Position numbers and translations under genes: made by a program. The notes under the pieces are model-generated. The model did no database searches. It was not told the origin of the DNA and saw nothing but the letters and a program-made list of their open reading frames with translations. DNA of 42,748 nucleotides, taken from IMG/VR virus record IMGVR_UViG_3300033067_002328, positions 1-42,748 of that record. One strand, 5' to 3'. The stretch comes from a virus (taxonomy: Duplodnaviria > Caudoviricetes). Positions 9,594 through 18,176 of the stretch are shown here, piece after piece; within the stretch, counting starts at the first letter, position 1; the number at the start of each line of letters is the position of its first letter.

Positions 9594-10073
9594 CTACTTG
9601 ACCGGATCGACTTTCTGCCCTTCCACTACCTTCGGCTTGTTGAAGAAGGTCCGGAGGACTCCAATCAAAAAGGCAAAGGCCGAGACCAGGATGATAGTAA
9701 TGGAGTTCTGCAGATCCTGCGGCAAGGTGAAACCAAACTTGGTCTGAAGCCAGAGGACCAGCGCTGCTACCATGGCTCCTGCCGCCCAGTTGATCTTACT
9801 CGTCAGTCCATTCAGCACATAGTCGATAAATTTGGCCTGCATCCAATTCACTCCTGAGTTGGGGGCTGTCGCCCCAGGGAAAAGTTTTGCCAGAGTGGCA
9901 GCAGTTGGTTGGCCGGAGGCTTCCAGCCCATTTGCCAGTTGAAATTTCTTCACCGCAGCCAGGGTAATCGGGCCGAAGTCTCCATCCGGGCCATCTGGCC
10001 GCAGGTCATACCCTAGCCAGACCAGCCGCTCCTGGATTCTCCTCACCCAGGCCTTCTTCTCCTGCTCAATCAT
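9594..10073 (-). CDS. Peptidoglycan-binding domain plus two C-terminal transmembrane helices
   Basis: VRRIQERL..LGY...GPDGDFGPITLAAVKKFQ..NGL..SG matches PG_binding_1; two hydrophobic helices follow. Confidence 0.8.
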   Translation of the reverse strand: MIEQEKKAWVRRIQERLVWLGYDLRPDGPDGDFGPITLAAVKKFQLANGLEASGQPTAATLAKLFPGATAPNSGVNWMQAKFIDYVLNGLTSKINWAAGAMVAALVLWLQTKFGFTLPQDLQNSITIILVSAFAFLIGVLRTFFNKPKVVEGQKVDPVK

Positions 10074-11269
10074 GCTGCTGCCGCCAGAACTGCGCGGGCG
10101 TACATCGCGTCGAAAGTGGTTGCGTCTTGGGGGCCAAAGGATAGGGCGAGCTTGCGGGTGTACGCATAAATGTTGCGAGATGACGTTGTACCTAGCCCAG
10201 CGAGTGCCACTTGTGACAAAGCAGGGAAAGTCGCAACGGTGTCAGGCGTCGGATTGCTGCCGCCAACAATGCGTCCGGTTATAAAATTTGGCCCAAAAGA
10301 GAACGCCACCGTAAAAACGCCGGGCGCTGGGAATGCGACAATATTCACCGAGCCTTGCGACACTGTTGCCGCTACCATTTCTGCAACTAGATTAGCGCCG
10401 TTGCGGTAGACATCCAGACGATTGCTTGTGGTGCCATCGGTGAAAGAGCAAATGCGCTCAAGATCATTCATCGCACCAAGCAAGTTCACCTGCACCAGCC
10501 CCGCCACCCCCGTCCCCAGCCTGCCGGTGAGGTCGATAACCTGCTGGTTGCCGTTGACGGTGGCGGAGGCAGATGTGGTGACAATTGGCGGGGAGGCGAA
10601 TGCGCCGAGTTCATACTGAGCCTGCCATATAGATACATCACAGCTTGGGCCTGCAATCTGCAGTTTGCCGCTGGTACTGGCTGTCGTATACGTAAACGTA
10701 AACCTTTGCCATGATCCGGTGACATTCATAGTACCAGAACCAACAGCATCGTCGCCAATTGTCAGCGTTTTGCTTGAGCCATCGTTTGTTTTTGCCCAAA
10801 CGCTCATTGTATATACCGTGGCAGAAGCCACCGTAAATAACTGCTGACGTATTGCAAAATTACCAGCGTTGACAAACACAAGGCGGTCGGCAGTCAACGC
10901 ACCGTCTGGTGCAGTTGCATAGTCAGCCGTTATTGTTACCGAACTGCCGGCGCCCGCAGACGTATTCCATGCCCCATTGTCGATCTCCTGCGAGCGCAAA
11001 CACAAATTCGTCCGCGTCGGCACCGTCTGCAACCCGAGGTCTGTCCTCGTCAGCACATTGGCGGCATAGGGCAGGTACAGCCCAGAGGAATCCGGCTCAT
11101 AAATCGTCTGCCCATGAGTGTCCGTCGGATTCGGCAGAATCCCGACATCCTTAACAAAGTCCCGCCAGTAAGTCCCCAGCGCCCAGCTCGGAGTATTCCC
11201 ACCCAAGGCCGGCCGCAAGAGTCCATCCAGCCGAGCGTTCAGCTCCAACCTCTGCCCCAGCCCTCTCAT
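10070..11269 (-). CDS. Fibre/spike protein with carbohydrate-binding-like beta domains
   Basis: RTNLCLRSQE..W, APDG.LTADRL, YTMSVWAK, WQRFT and AQYELG.F motifs; no signal peptide. Confidence 0.7.
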   Translation of the reverse strand: MRGLGQRLELNARLDGLLRPALGGNTPSWALGTYWRDFVKDVGILPNPTDTHGQTIYEPDSSGLYLPYAANVLTRTDLGLQTVPTRTNLCLRSQEIDNGAWNTSAGAGSSVTITADYATAPDGALTADRLVFVNAGNFAIRQQLFTVASATVYTMSVWAKTNDGSSKTLTIGDDAVGSGTMNVTGSWQRFTFTYTTASTSGKLQIAGPSCDVSIWQAQYELGAFASPPIVTTSASATVNGNQQVIDLTGRLGTGVAGLVQVNLLGAMNDLERICSFTDGTTSNRLDVYRNGANLVAEMVAATVSQGSVNIVAFPAPGVFTVAFSFGPNFITGRIVGGSNPTPDTVATFPALSQVALAGLGTTSSRNIYAYTRKLALSFGPQDATTFDAMYARAVLAAAA

Positions 11270-11563
11270 TTAAGTAGCCAACTTCCAGGCAGCCTTGTCT
11301 CCCGGCCTGCCAATGAGGTCTCGAGTGATCCCTGCAAAGACTACCGTGAATGGGCCGTTGACCAAATCCGGCGTCTGTCCAATGGTCACCAGAATGTCAC
11401 TCGAGGAGCAGAACTCGAAAACCGGCCAGCTCTTCGTCTGCGGCAATGCCGCCTTCGTCGTTGCCACGCTGGCCGCTGGCTGTTCCGACCAGACCATGTT
11501 CCCGAAGAGTTCTGCCGCAAGGTCGGGATACCCGCAGGCAATATTGACGACAGTTAATGCCAT
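11270..11563 (-). CDS. Small hypothetical virion-associated protein
   Basis: Abuts the fibre gene; beta-rich composition. Confidence 0.55.
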   Translation of the reverse strand: MALTVVNIACGYPDLAAELFGNMVWSEQPAASVATTKAALPQTKSWPVFEFCSSSDILVTIGQTPDLVNGPFTVVFAGITRDLIGRPGDKAAWKLAT

Positions 11564-11566
11564 TTC

Positions 11567-12109
11567 TTAGTCCTCTTTCTTTGAGATTGGAGCCCCTTTT
11601 GGGGATAGGAAGACTCGGCGAACGTTCCCTGGTTGGCTGACACGCCAGGGTGACCGCCTCGCCGCCAGCAACGGGCTCTTGGCCTTGCGGACGATCGTCA
11701 CGGAGTCAGACTGGTTCCCCCCAAGAATATGGAAATGACTGTCATCTTCCCCAACGTAGAGGGAAACATGCCCACCTTTCCCCCTCGGGAACACCAACAC
11801 GTCTCCCAGCATGGGAGTGGCAACTGCCGTTCCCCACTCGGCCCAATTCCTGGCCCACAGGGGATTCCCCTCCGGCTGATAGGGCCACCCCGCCCGCTTT
11901 GCTGCAACTGCCATGGCGAGCCCGCACCAGGCTACCGAGTCTTTCTTGTAGCCCGAGACTCCGACCTCCTTCGCCCAGGCCAGAATGACCGGGTTATCCC
12001 TAGTCCCCGGAGCCTCCAGAGTCCCAAAAATGCCAAGCATGGCCTCCAGCATCCTCGGCCCTGGCTCGACCCAGAGCCACTCGTAGCCGGGCTTCGCCAG
12101 CGAGGTCAT
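11567..12109 (-). CDS. NlpC/P60-CHAP-type endolysin (TIGR02594-like)
   Basis: E.PG..DNP.IL.W, AWCG, ARNW, GDVLVF.R..GGHV and LGGNQSD motifs. Confidence 0.85.
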   Translation of the reverse strand: MTSLAKPGYEWLWVEPGPRMLEAMLGIFGTLEAPGTRDNPVILAWAKEVGVSGYKKDSVAWCGLAMAVAAKRAGWPYQPEGNPLWARNWAEWGTAVATPMLGDVLVFPRGKGGHVSLYVGEDDSHFHILGGNQSDSVTIVRKAKSPLLAARRSPWRVSQPGNVRRVFLSPKGAPISKKED

Positions 12110-12339
12110 TTCTTATGACTCACAACAGCAGGCTTGGCGGGGGCAGGAGCGGCTTTGCCAGCTGGCTTGGTTTCTTCCTTTTTCTCTTCCTCTTCCTTGA
12201 CCTCCTCCTCTTCCTCCGAGCCCTCCTCCAAGGTTTCATTCACAGCTGCTGTTACAGCTGGCGGTACCTCTGGTGCCGGCACCATCGGCTGCTGCTGCAT
12301 ATGCTTCATCACTTCGTCCCAGTTCGCAAGATCAACCAT
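12106..12339 (-). CDS. Acidic low-complexity hypothetical protein
   Basis: Glu-rich ORF with ATGA overlap to the endolysin start. Confidence 0.55.
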   Translation of the reverse strand: MVDLANWDEVMKHMQQQPMVPAPEVPPAVTAAVNETLEEGSEEEEEVKEEEEKKEETKPAGKAAPAPAKPAVVSHKK

Positions 12340-12365
12340 TTCTCATCCTTCCGAGGCTTTGCCTC

Positions 12366-12722
12366 TCATTTCCGCTCCGCGGAATGTCTCCAGCCCATAG
12401 CATGAGCCTCCTCATGCATCCGGACTGCCCGCAGGGTCGGGCCGCTCAGCCCAGGGCAAATGTAGATGTTCCCGCTGCTGAGGCCATAATGGCCTAGGAC
12501 TTGGACCTGCGTTCCTGCAAATCCGCCAATGGCTTGCATCAGCGTTGCATCCGGCGCCCAGCGGAACGGCATCCTTGGTTCATGCTGGTAAGCTCTGGGC
12601 GGGAGGTGGACCCTCCAGTCCACCTGATTCCTGCATCTCGTCCCATCGTCAGCCAGCCCTGGCGAAGCCGCCAGGAGGAAAAGGGCAAGGGCCGCCAGCC
12701 CGCTCTTGCTAATACTTGGCAT
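12366..12722 (-). CDS. Small exported zincin-like protein
   Basis: Signal peptide GLAALALFLLAASPGLA|DD; LPP..Y.H.P and C-terminal HEEAH..GW.H motif. Confidence 0.6.
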   Translation of the reverse strand: MPSISKSGLAALALFLLAASPGLADDGTRCRNQVDWRVHLPPRAYQHEPRMPFRWAPDATLMQAIGGFAGTQVQVLGHYGLSSGNIYICPGLSGPTLRAVRMHEEAHAMGWRHSAERK

Positions 12723-13902
12723 AAGAGACAAACCCCGTGATGTTCCCCGTCACCGCTGTCAGGCAAAGGGCATTGGCGGAGGCCGTCCTCAGCAACGAGC
12801 CGTTGGCGGCACTAATCGCCAGCGAAGCATTGGTTGCCAGGGCCATCGCCCCAGTCAGATCTGTCGTACCCGTCCCGCAGTTTGCTCCCGTCCCGTAGAC
12901 AAACTTGGCGGTGCCCGCGAGGCTTTCAGTCAGGACAAAAGAGCAAACCCGAATGACCTGGCTTGCCGTCAGGGCAACAAGTTCCGTTGTTGCTGCGGCT
13001 GTGACGTTGATGACTGCCGAGTTGGGGCAGGTGAACTCGCGGTCCCAGGTTGAGCCGTTGTAAAGCTGGTTTCGATCGACAGAAACTAGCCCGTTGTTTG
13101 AATTGGTTTGCGCGTCACCGGACGTTACAATAGCTGCAAATGTCAGGGCAGATCCAATAGAAACGCTTAGCGCACCGACGTTATTGCACAAAAGGTTAGC
13201 GCGCTGGCCGTCTGACGAAACAGGCGGACTTAAAGCGTAAACGCACCCAATCTTTACCGGGTTTCCGGTATCAGCCGCCCCACTCGCGACGTTGCCCTGC
13301 GTATACACCCCATTGGTATCCCCACGCATACGATCCCAGGAAGCCCCATTATACAACCAAGGAGCAGTCCCAAGGAAGGAGAAATTCCCCGCACTGTCGG
13401 AGAACCGTCCGAGAATTCCACTGTTGGAAACCGCATCCGAACCGTTAGCCCGGTTGGCGTAGATGGTGGCCCCGCCGGTTACCGAAGAGATCGCGCTGAC
13501 GGTCTGGGGTGCTGAGACGATGGGGGCGCCATCGAGCCCGGCGTAGTAGACATCCCCCGAGGTCCCGGTAATACTTAAGGCCGAGGTCGCCACTACCCCG
13601 CTGGTAGCGCAGTTATAGTATTGCCCTGGGGCCAGAATCACCGAGGAGTTCTTCGTGGCGGCTGCTGCCAACCCATTAAACACCCACATAGTGTTGGTGC
13701 CGTTGTTCTGAATCCCGCAGTTCACGCGGGAAGCCTGGGCGGACCAAATGTCCTGGAAGGTGTTGGTGACGGCAATGGAACTGCTGGCATTGGTCGTCTG
13801 GCGCGCAGCAGGGACAGTTGTCGTAATCGCCTGGGCGAAAGCCAGCTGAGCCCCGGCCAGGAAGAGGAAGAGGGCCAGCAGGACCCTGGAGAACATTTTC
13901 AT
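12709..13902 (-). CDS. Ser/Thr/Ala-rich virion appendage protein with signal peptide
   Basis: MKMFSRVLLALFLFLAGAQLAFA|QA; R...IQNNG..MWV beta-sandwich; repeated YNG.xWDR motif. Confidence 0.7.
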   Translation of the reverse strand: MKMFSRVLLALFLFLAGAQLAFAQAITTTVPAARQTTNASSSIAVTNTFQDIWSAQASRVNCGIQNNGTNTMWVFNGLAAAATKNSSVILAPGQYYNCATSGVVATSALSITGTSGDVYYAGLDGAPIVSAPQTVSAISSVTGGATIYANRANGSDAVSNSGILGRFSDSAGNFSFLGTAPWLYNGASWDRMRGDTNGVYTQGNVASGAADTGNPVKIGCVYALSPPVSSDGQRANLLCNNVGALSVSIGSALTFAAIVTSGDAQTNSNNGLVSVDRNQLYNGSTWDREFTCPNSAVINVTAAATTELVALTASQVIRVCSFVLTESLAGTAKFVYGTGANCGTGTTDLTGAMALATNASLAISAANGSLLRTASANALCLTAVTGNITGFVSYAKY

Positions 13903-14147
13903 TTGGAATTTCCTTCTTCAGGAGAAAGGCCGAGGGCTCGCTTCGCCCAATTGTACACTGGCCGAAGCCAAATCATCAAGGCAATGCAGCCCGCTGCTGG
14001 GGCCCACAGGATTGAGGGCAGATTTGCCTGGAGGCAATCCAGCAGCCAACCATCCGTCCCACCGAAATCATGCACCTGGCAGCATTGTGTAATTTGCGGG
14101 AAGAGGACCTGGAAAAGCCAGAACCCAGTACATCCATCGGATATCAA
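13899..14147 (-). CDS. Small membrane protein
   Basis: Coupled by overlaps at both ends; one hydrophobic helix and CC.VHD motif. Confidence 0.55.
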   Translation of the reverse strand: MISDGCTGFWLFQVLFPQITQCCQVHDFGGTDGWLLDCLQANLPSILWAPAAGCIALMIWLRPVYNWAKRALGLSPEEGNSK

Positions 14148-15727
14148 TTCTGCCCCCTGTCGTCAATCCAGCCAACAGTTTGCAATCTCGCGGTGAGACT
14201 ACCGTCGGAGAAGGAAAGGCGATACCGCACTTGCCCCGAGGTATTGGTTCTTACGCTAATCTGCGAGTTATCCCCCGTCGGTCCATTCGGAATATACCCG
14301 CCGCCCACCGTAACCGCCGTCACCCCAGGTGCCGTGTCAGTCTGATCCAGTGCCGTCACCAGCATATAGCTCGCCGCGGATTGATCCGTATCGTTAAGCC
14401 CAGCGGTCAGCACCGCCTGGACTCTAATCCCCAGCGGAACGGTCAAGGTTGCCGTGATTGCTGCTGTGCCAGGATTGGCCGTCGCCACATCCGAGGTCTG
14501 CACTACCCAGTAGAAGTAGTCCCCGTTCTGGAAATACTGCAGAATCGTGCCGCCACTTCTGACGACCGCCCCAACTCGCCGATAGTAAGTGTAATTGGCC
14601 GGTTTGTTCGCGCAGGTGCTGCTGGTATCAAACCCTGCGTCAACGACGCCGGTATCCGGCCGCATAATCGCGCAGAGGAAATAGGTGGTATTGGCAATCG
14701 CCCCGGAGAACAGGCCCCCCTGATTCGTCCCCACTGCCCAGGCCGCGTCCAGCCTCTTGGTAATGGCCGAGGCTGAGGTGATATAGGTAACATTGGTGGA
14801 GTCAGTTGCCTGCCCCGCAGCAAAGGTAATGTCGTTGACCGTATCTGCTGCGTTGGAGGTCCCCCAGCCCCACAGTTGGCCGTAAACAGGCCCTGGGGTA
14901 AATTTCTGCGTCGCAGTCCCATCCCCCACGGCAATTTGATTCAGATTGGTGTCCCACTGGATGTCGCCTTCGGCAGTGGGGGCCGGAGCGGCCGATTGCT
15001 TCAGAACAATGGTCGAGGTTGAGATTGTTGTCCCGGCAATGGTCCCCCCAGTAATCGCCACACTGGCGGCATTCTGACTCGCCATTGTCCCCAGGCTTGG
15101 GGACATGAGGTGCAGAACCCCCAGGACCGAGTCATAGGTCGCTTGGTAAACTCCGCCGACGACAATTTCCCCTCCGGTCAGTGCCGCAGGCCCCGCAGTT
15201 GTTTCTTTATAAACCGAGAGCACATTGCTCCCGACCTGCAGAGTCATCGCGGCCGAGTTGGTGAACCCGGCCAGCCAGGCAATCTGGCTTCCCGCAGTCA
15301 GGGTAAAGCTGGAGACGACGACCTCCTGGGCGTTGCCGCTGCCAGTCGAAGTCCCGCCCCACGCCGGGAAAGGTCCGGCAATGCCAGAGGTCAGGGCGTC
15401 CCAGATGGTATTGCCGAAAACATCCTTGAGGACCTGGCGGTACGTCCCGCTGCCGTAGATCAGGGCTTCCCCTGCGGCATCCAGCACCACTGGGTTAGTA
15501 TTCAGGACTGAGTTCCCGGAGTCCTGCCAGGTATTCTTGAAAGTCGTGGTGCTTGGGACGTACATGAAAACCTGGCCCGAGGCCAGAGGATCGCCATTCG
15601 CATCCAGGAACTGCTGCTTGCCGTTCGGCAGCAGAGTGGAGGTCTGGGCAACCGCTGGCCCCCCGCCTGCGAGGACTAGAAGCCAGCAGGCTAGCGCCAG
15701 GGCAGAAAGAAGTTTCGAGAATCTCAC
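14144..15727 (-). CDS. Tail fibre/tailspike with podoviral head-binding-type N-terminal domain, preceded by a signal peptide
   Basis: GTG start with AGGGG/AGGA purine run upstream; KQQFLDANGDPLASGQVFMY..STTT.K.T.QD....NTNPVVLDAAG.A.I.G.G.Y...LKD..GN.IW is a common tail-attachment module. Confidence 0.8.
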   Translation of the reverse strand: MRFSKLLSALALACWLLVLAGGGPAVAQTSTLLPNGKQQFLDANGDPLASGQVFMYVPSTTTFKNTWQDSGNSVLNTNPVVLDAAGEALIYGSGTYRQVLKDVFGNTIWDALTSGIAGPFPAWGGTSTGSGNAQEVVVSSFTLTAGSQIAWLAGFTNSAAMTLQVGSNVLSVYKETTAGPAALTGGEIVVGGVYQATYDSVLGVLHLMSPSLGTMASQNAASVAITGGTIAGTTISTSTIVLKQSAAPAPTAEGDIQWDTNLNQIAVGDGTATQKFTPGPVYGQLWGWGTSNAADTVNDITFAAGQATDSTNVTYITSASAITKRLDAAWAVGTNQGGLFSGAIANTTYFLCAIMRPDTGVVDAGFDTSSTCANKPANYTYYRRVGAVVRSGGTILQYFQNGDYFYWVVQTSDVATANPGTAAITATLTVPLGIRVQAVLTAGLNDTDQSAASYMLVTALDQTDTAPGVTAVTVGGGYIPNGPTGDNSQISVRTNTSGQVRYRLSFSDGSLTARLQTVGWIDDRGQN

Positions 15728-16389
15728 TCCTGATCCCCTTCGACTGTTGAAAACTCAGCATCCACCACCGGCAACTCCGTCCTCAGGTCAGGCATTACGG
15801 ACCCGCTGTCACCGGGCTTCGCCCGGAGGTCCTCCTGGGGCTGCGCCGAGACGAACTTGACCGAGATGTTGACTCCACCGCCAGAGGCCCCGCCTCCGCC
15901 AAAGGCATTACCTCCCCGCTGGAGCGGCTTGACCAGGGTGAGGTCCGCCAGTTCCATAAGCTCCCGGCGAGACCAGCCTTCGGGTTCGTCTGAAAGGCGT
16001 TGTTGCAACTCGTCAAGCGTTTGAATCCCGAGGGTCTTCATTCTCTCCAAGACATCCACATGGGTCTGTTCCACTTGCAGGGCGTAGTAGGCCATCAGCT
16101 CACGGAACGCGGGGTCTGCCTTGAGCTGGGAAATGTAGGCATTGTTATAACCGGTAAGGAAGGAAACCTGGGCCTCATGCTCCCCCTTGGCCAGCAACCG
16201 GGCTACCTGGTGGTGCGCGTGTCGCAGCTCCTTCACCGTGGCAACATTCCCCCGACCGACTGACCGTCCATTGGACACTGCCTCAATATCGCCCATTCCC
16301 AGCTCGCGGGAAACTGTCATGCTGGCAGGTATGGCCCGGCGGCCTTTTGGCAAGGCTGGGAAGGTTAGCTCAGAAAGAAGGTCGTCCAT
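15724..16389 (-). CDS. HTH protein, candidate terminase small subunit
   Basis: ATG 16389; LRHAHHQVARLLAKG...VSFLTGY...YISQLKADPAF (HTH) then helical region; first gene of the late arm. Confidence 0.5.
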   Translation of the reverse strand: MDDLLSELTFPALPKGRRAIPASMTVSRELGMGDIEAVSNGRSVGRGNVATVKELRHAHHQVARLLAKGEHEAQVSFLTGYNNAYISQLKADPAFRELMAYYALQVEQTHVDVLERMKTLGIQTLDELQQRLSDEPEGWSRRELMELADLTLVKPLQRGGNAFGGGGASGGGVNISVKFVSAQPQEDLRAKPGDSGSVMPDLRTELPVVDAEFSTVEGDQE

Positions 16390-17217
16390 CAGGTTTGCTC
16401 CGCAGTCGCAAGGAAGGCCAGCCAGCACAGTGAGGGAGGAGGGACACCGGTGTCTGCTGGCTGGCCCCGCAAGGAACCCTTCCGCTTGCACCACCAGACT
16501 CGCGTGCGGGCGCGAGGAAGTCAAGAGAAAAGGCCCGCAAGGTGCTTGCGCCGCGTGACCGTGGGACTAGTGTTTGCGAAGCAAGGAAAAGAGAATGGGG
16601 CTTCGCCCCTGGTGTTTGGAAAGGGAAAGAAAAGAGTGGGAGGGGTGTTTGCAGAGAAAATATGTCTGGGGCCTCATCCCCCTCCCCTGGGCTCAACTCT
16701 CAGGCCGGTCCCCCCGGCGTTGCGGAGAAGGAATCCTTTTTGCCGGGCAAGAGGATGCGGGGCCGAAACCCCGCAACGCCTCACATGCGACCGGAATTGT
16801 CATCCATGAACGATCGCTCGGGGTTCTGTATCCAGAACGCCATGACAAGAGCTTGCCAATTGGCAAGGGAAAGCCCGGAATATTCCCGGTCGCTTGACCC
16901 CGTGAAGTAATCGGGTTGCCAAAGGCGAAGGGCGGCGAGGCGACCCTCGGGGGAAAGCGCGGCAAAGGGAACGCGGGGACGAAGGGCGGAGGGATTGGTG
17001 ACGCGCGACATGGGCGGGGCTCCTTGGATTGACCATTGAACCCTACTCGCTTGCGGGGACGATTGCAAGAGCTTTTTGCAGTGCACCGCAAGGCAATAGG
17101 AAGGGCGCGGGCGGCCGAGAATGCTTTTGGCTACTACCCTACCGGGGCATTGCCGAAAGGCCCTCCACGGGCTTCCTATGGCGGTTTCTCGGCCCTTGGC
17201 ATTGCCACAAGGCGACA

Positions 17218-17245
17218 AACAAAAACCCCGGCATTGCTGCCGGGG
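17218..17245 (-). terminator. Rho-independent terminator
   Basis: Minus strand CCCCGGCA-gcaa-TGCCGGGG followed by TTTTTGTT, downstream of 17336..17917. Confidence 0.7.
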
Positions 17246-17335
17246 CTATTGCTTCACGAGGCGGCATTGCCGCGCTTGCGTTCCGCCGAGTCGGGGACGG
17301 GGTTGGATACCGTCTCCCTATCGGGCTTTTCGTGA

Positions 17336-17917
17336 TTAGATGCCAAGTGCATCCGCATCGACGGTTTCGACTGCACCGGCCTGAGCCTTAATGGTTTCCG
17401 CCTTCTTAGTGGCCTCGCGAATTGCCTTCTCGGCTTCCTTGGTGATGCGCTCCCCTTCCTTTTCAATGCGGGTTGCGATCATCTCGTCAAGGGACTTCTC
17501 CGTCCCATTGGCGAAGCGAACCTTTTCATCCTTCTTCGGGGCCTTGATCGAATGGGTCGCAAGAATACCGAGCACTTCCTTCTTGGCAATCGAGCGGACC
17601 ATGGTGTCAAGCGGGGAGACGCGAGGACCGGCCGAGGCACGGGTTCCGATGGTGCCTTCCGTCAGGGCCGCAATGCCGGACTTGACGAGTTCTGCCATCT
17701 TGTCCGAGACCGCCTGAGCGTTCGCTTCCTTCCAAGCAGTGCAAGTTGCCTTGTCGTCCGAATTCGCCTGGCCTTCACCCTTGACCCAGGAGGCCAACTT
17801 GGAAGCCTGTTCATTGCCCAGGAAGTGAGTCAGGCCACGGGACAGCAGGGCGGAGACGGAGGCCTCGGGGAGGGTGGTCGTGTCGACGGAATAGTTGCCG
17901 TATGTGATAGTGGACAT
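17336..17917 (-). CDS. Hypothetical early protein (193 aa) with its own promoter and terminator
   Basis: ATG 17917 (MSTITYGNY...); helical, K/E/A-rich; ends DALGI. Confidence 0.75.
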   Translation of the reverse strand: MSTITYGNYSVDTTTLPEASVSALLSRGLTHFLGNEQASKLASWVKGEGQANSDDKATCTAWKEANAQAVSDKMAELVKSGIAALTEGTIGTRASAGPRVSPLDTMVRSIAKKEVLGILATHSIKAPKKDEKVRFANGTEKSLDEMIATRIEKEGERITKEAEKAIREATKKAETIKAQAGAVETVDADALGI

Positions 17918-17972
17918 TTGGTTGGGTTCCATTTTGGTTTGTCGGGACCGGCCAATCCGTTCCCATGAATTG

Positions 17973-18000
17973 ACCATACTCCTTCCAACGAGCATTGCAA
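17973..18000 (-). promoter_or_regulatory. Sigma70-like promoter
   Basis: Minus strand TTGCAA-N16-TATGGT with A-rich upstream sequence, ~55 bp before ATG 17917. Confidence 0.55.
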
Positions 18001-18150
18001 CACTTATTTTAGGCCTTCGGCCATTTTGTTTGGCGGCCGATTGGCCGAGCCTTGGCTTGCCGGTCCCGCGTACGCGCGCACACACGTACGCGCGCGTGCT
18101 CTTTCTTGTCGGGCGGTGCCGGGCCCCGGCAATCCGGCCCAACGGCATTG

Positions 18151-18176
18151 ATCCCCGGCAACAATCCCCGGCAACA
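18151..18176. repeat. Tandem repeat (ATCCCCGGCAACA)x2
   Basis: Seen directly; a partial copy CCCCGGCAA lies at 18124. Confidence 0.85.

Noticed and set aside
10070-15727. Diversity-generating retroelement or invertible tail-fibre cassette
   Set aside because: No reverse transcriptase, invertase or template/variable repeat pair seen in the window.
16390-17335. Several overlapping 70-145 aa ORFs on both strands
   Set aside because: No RBS or motif support; the region looks regulatory.
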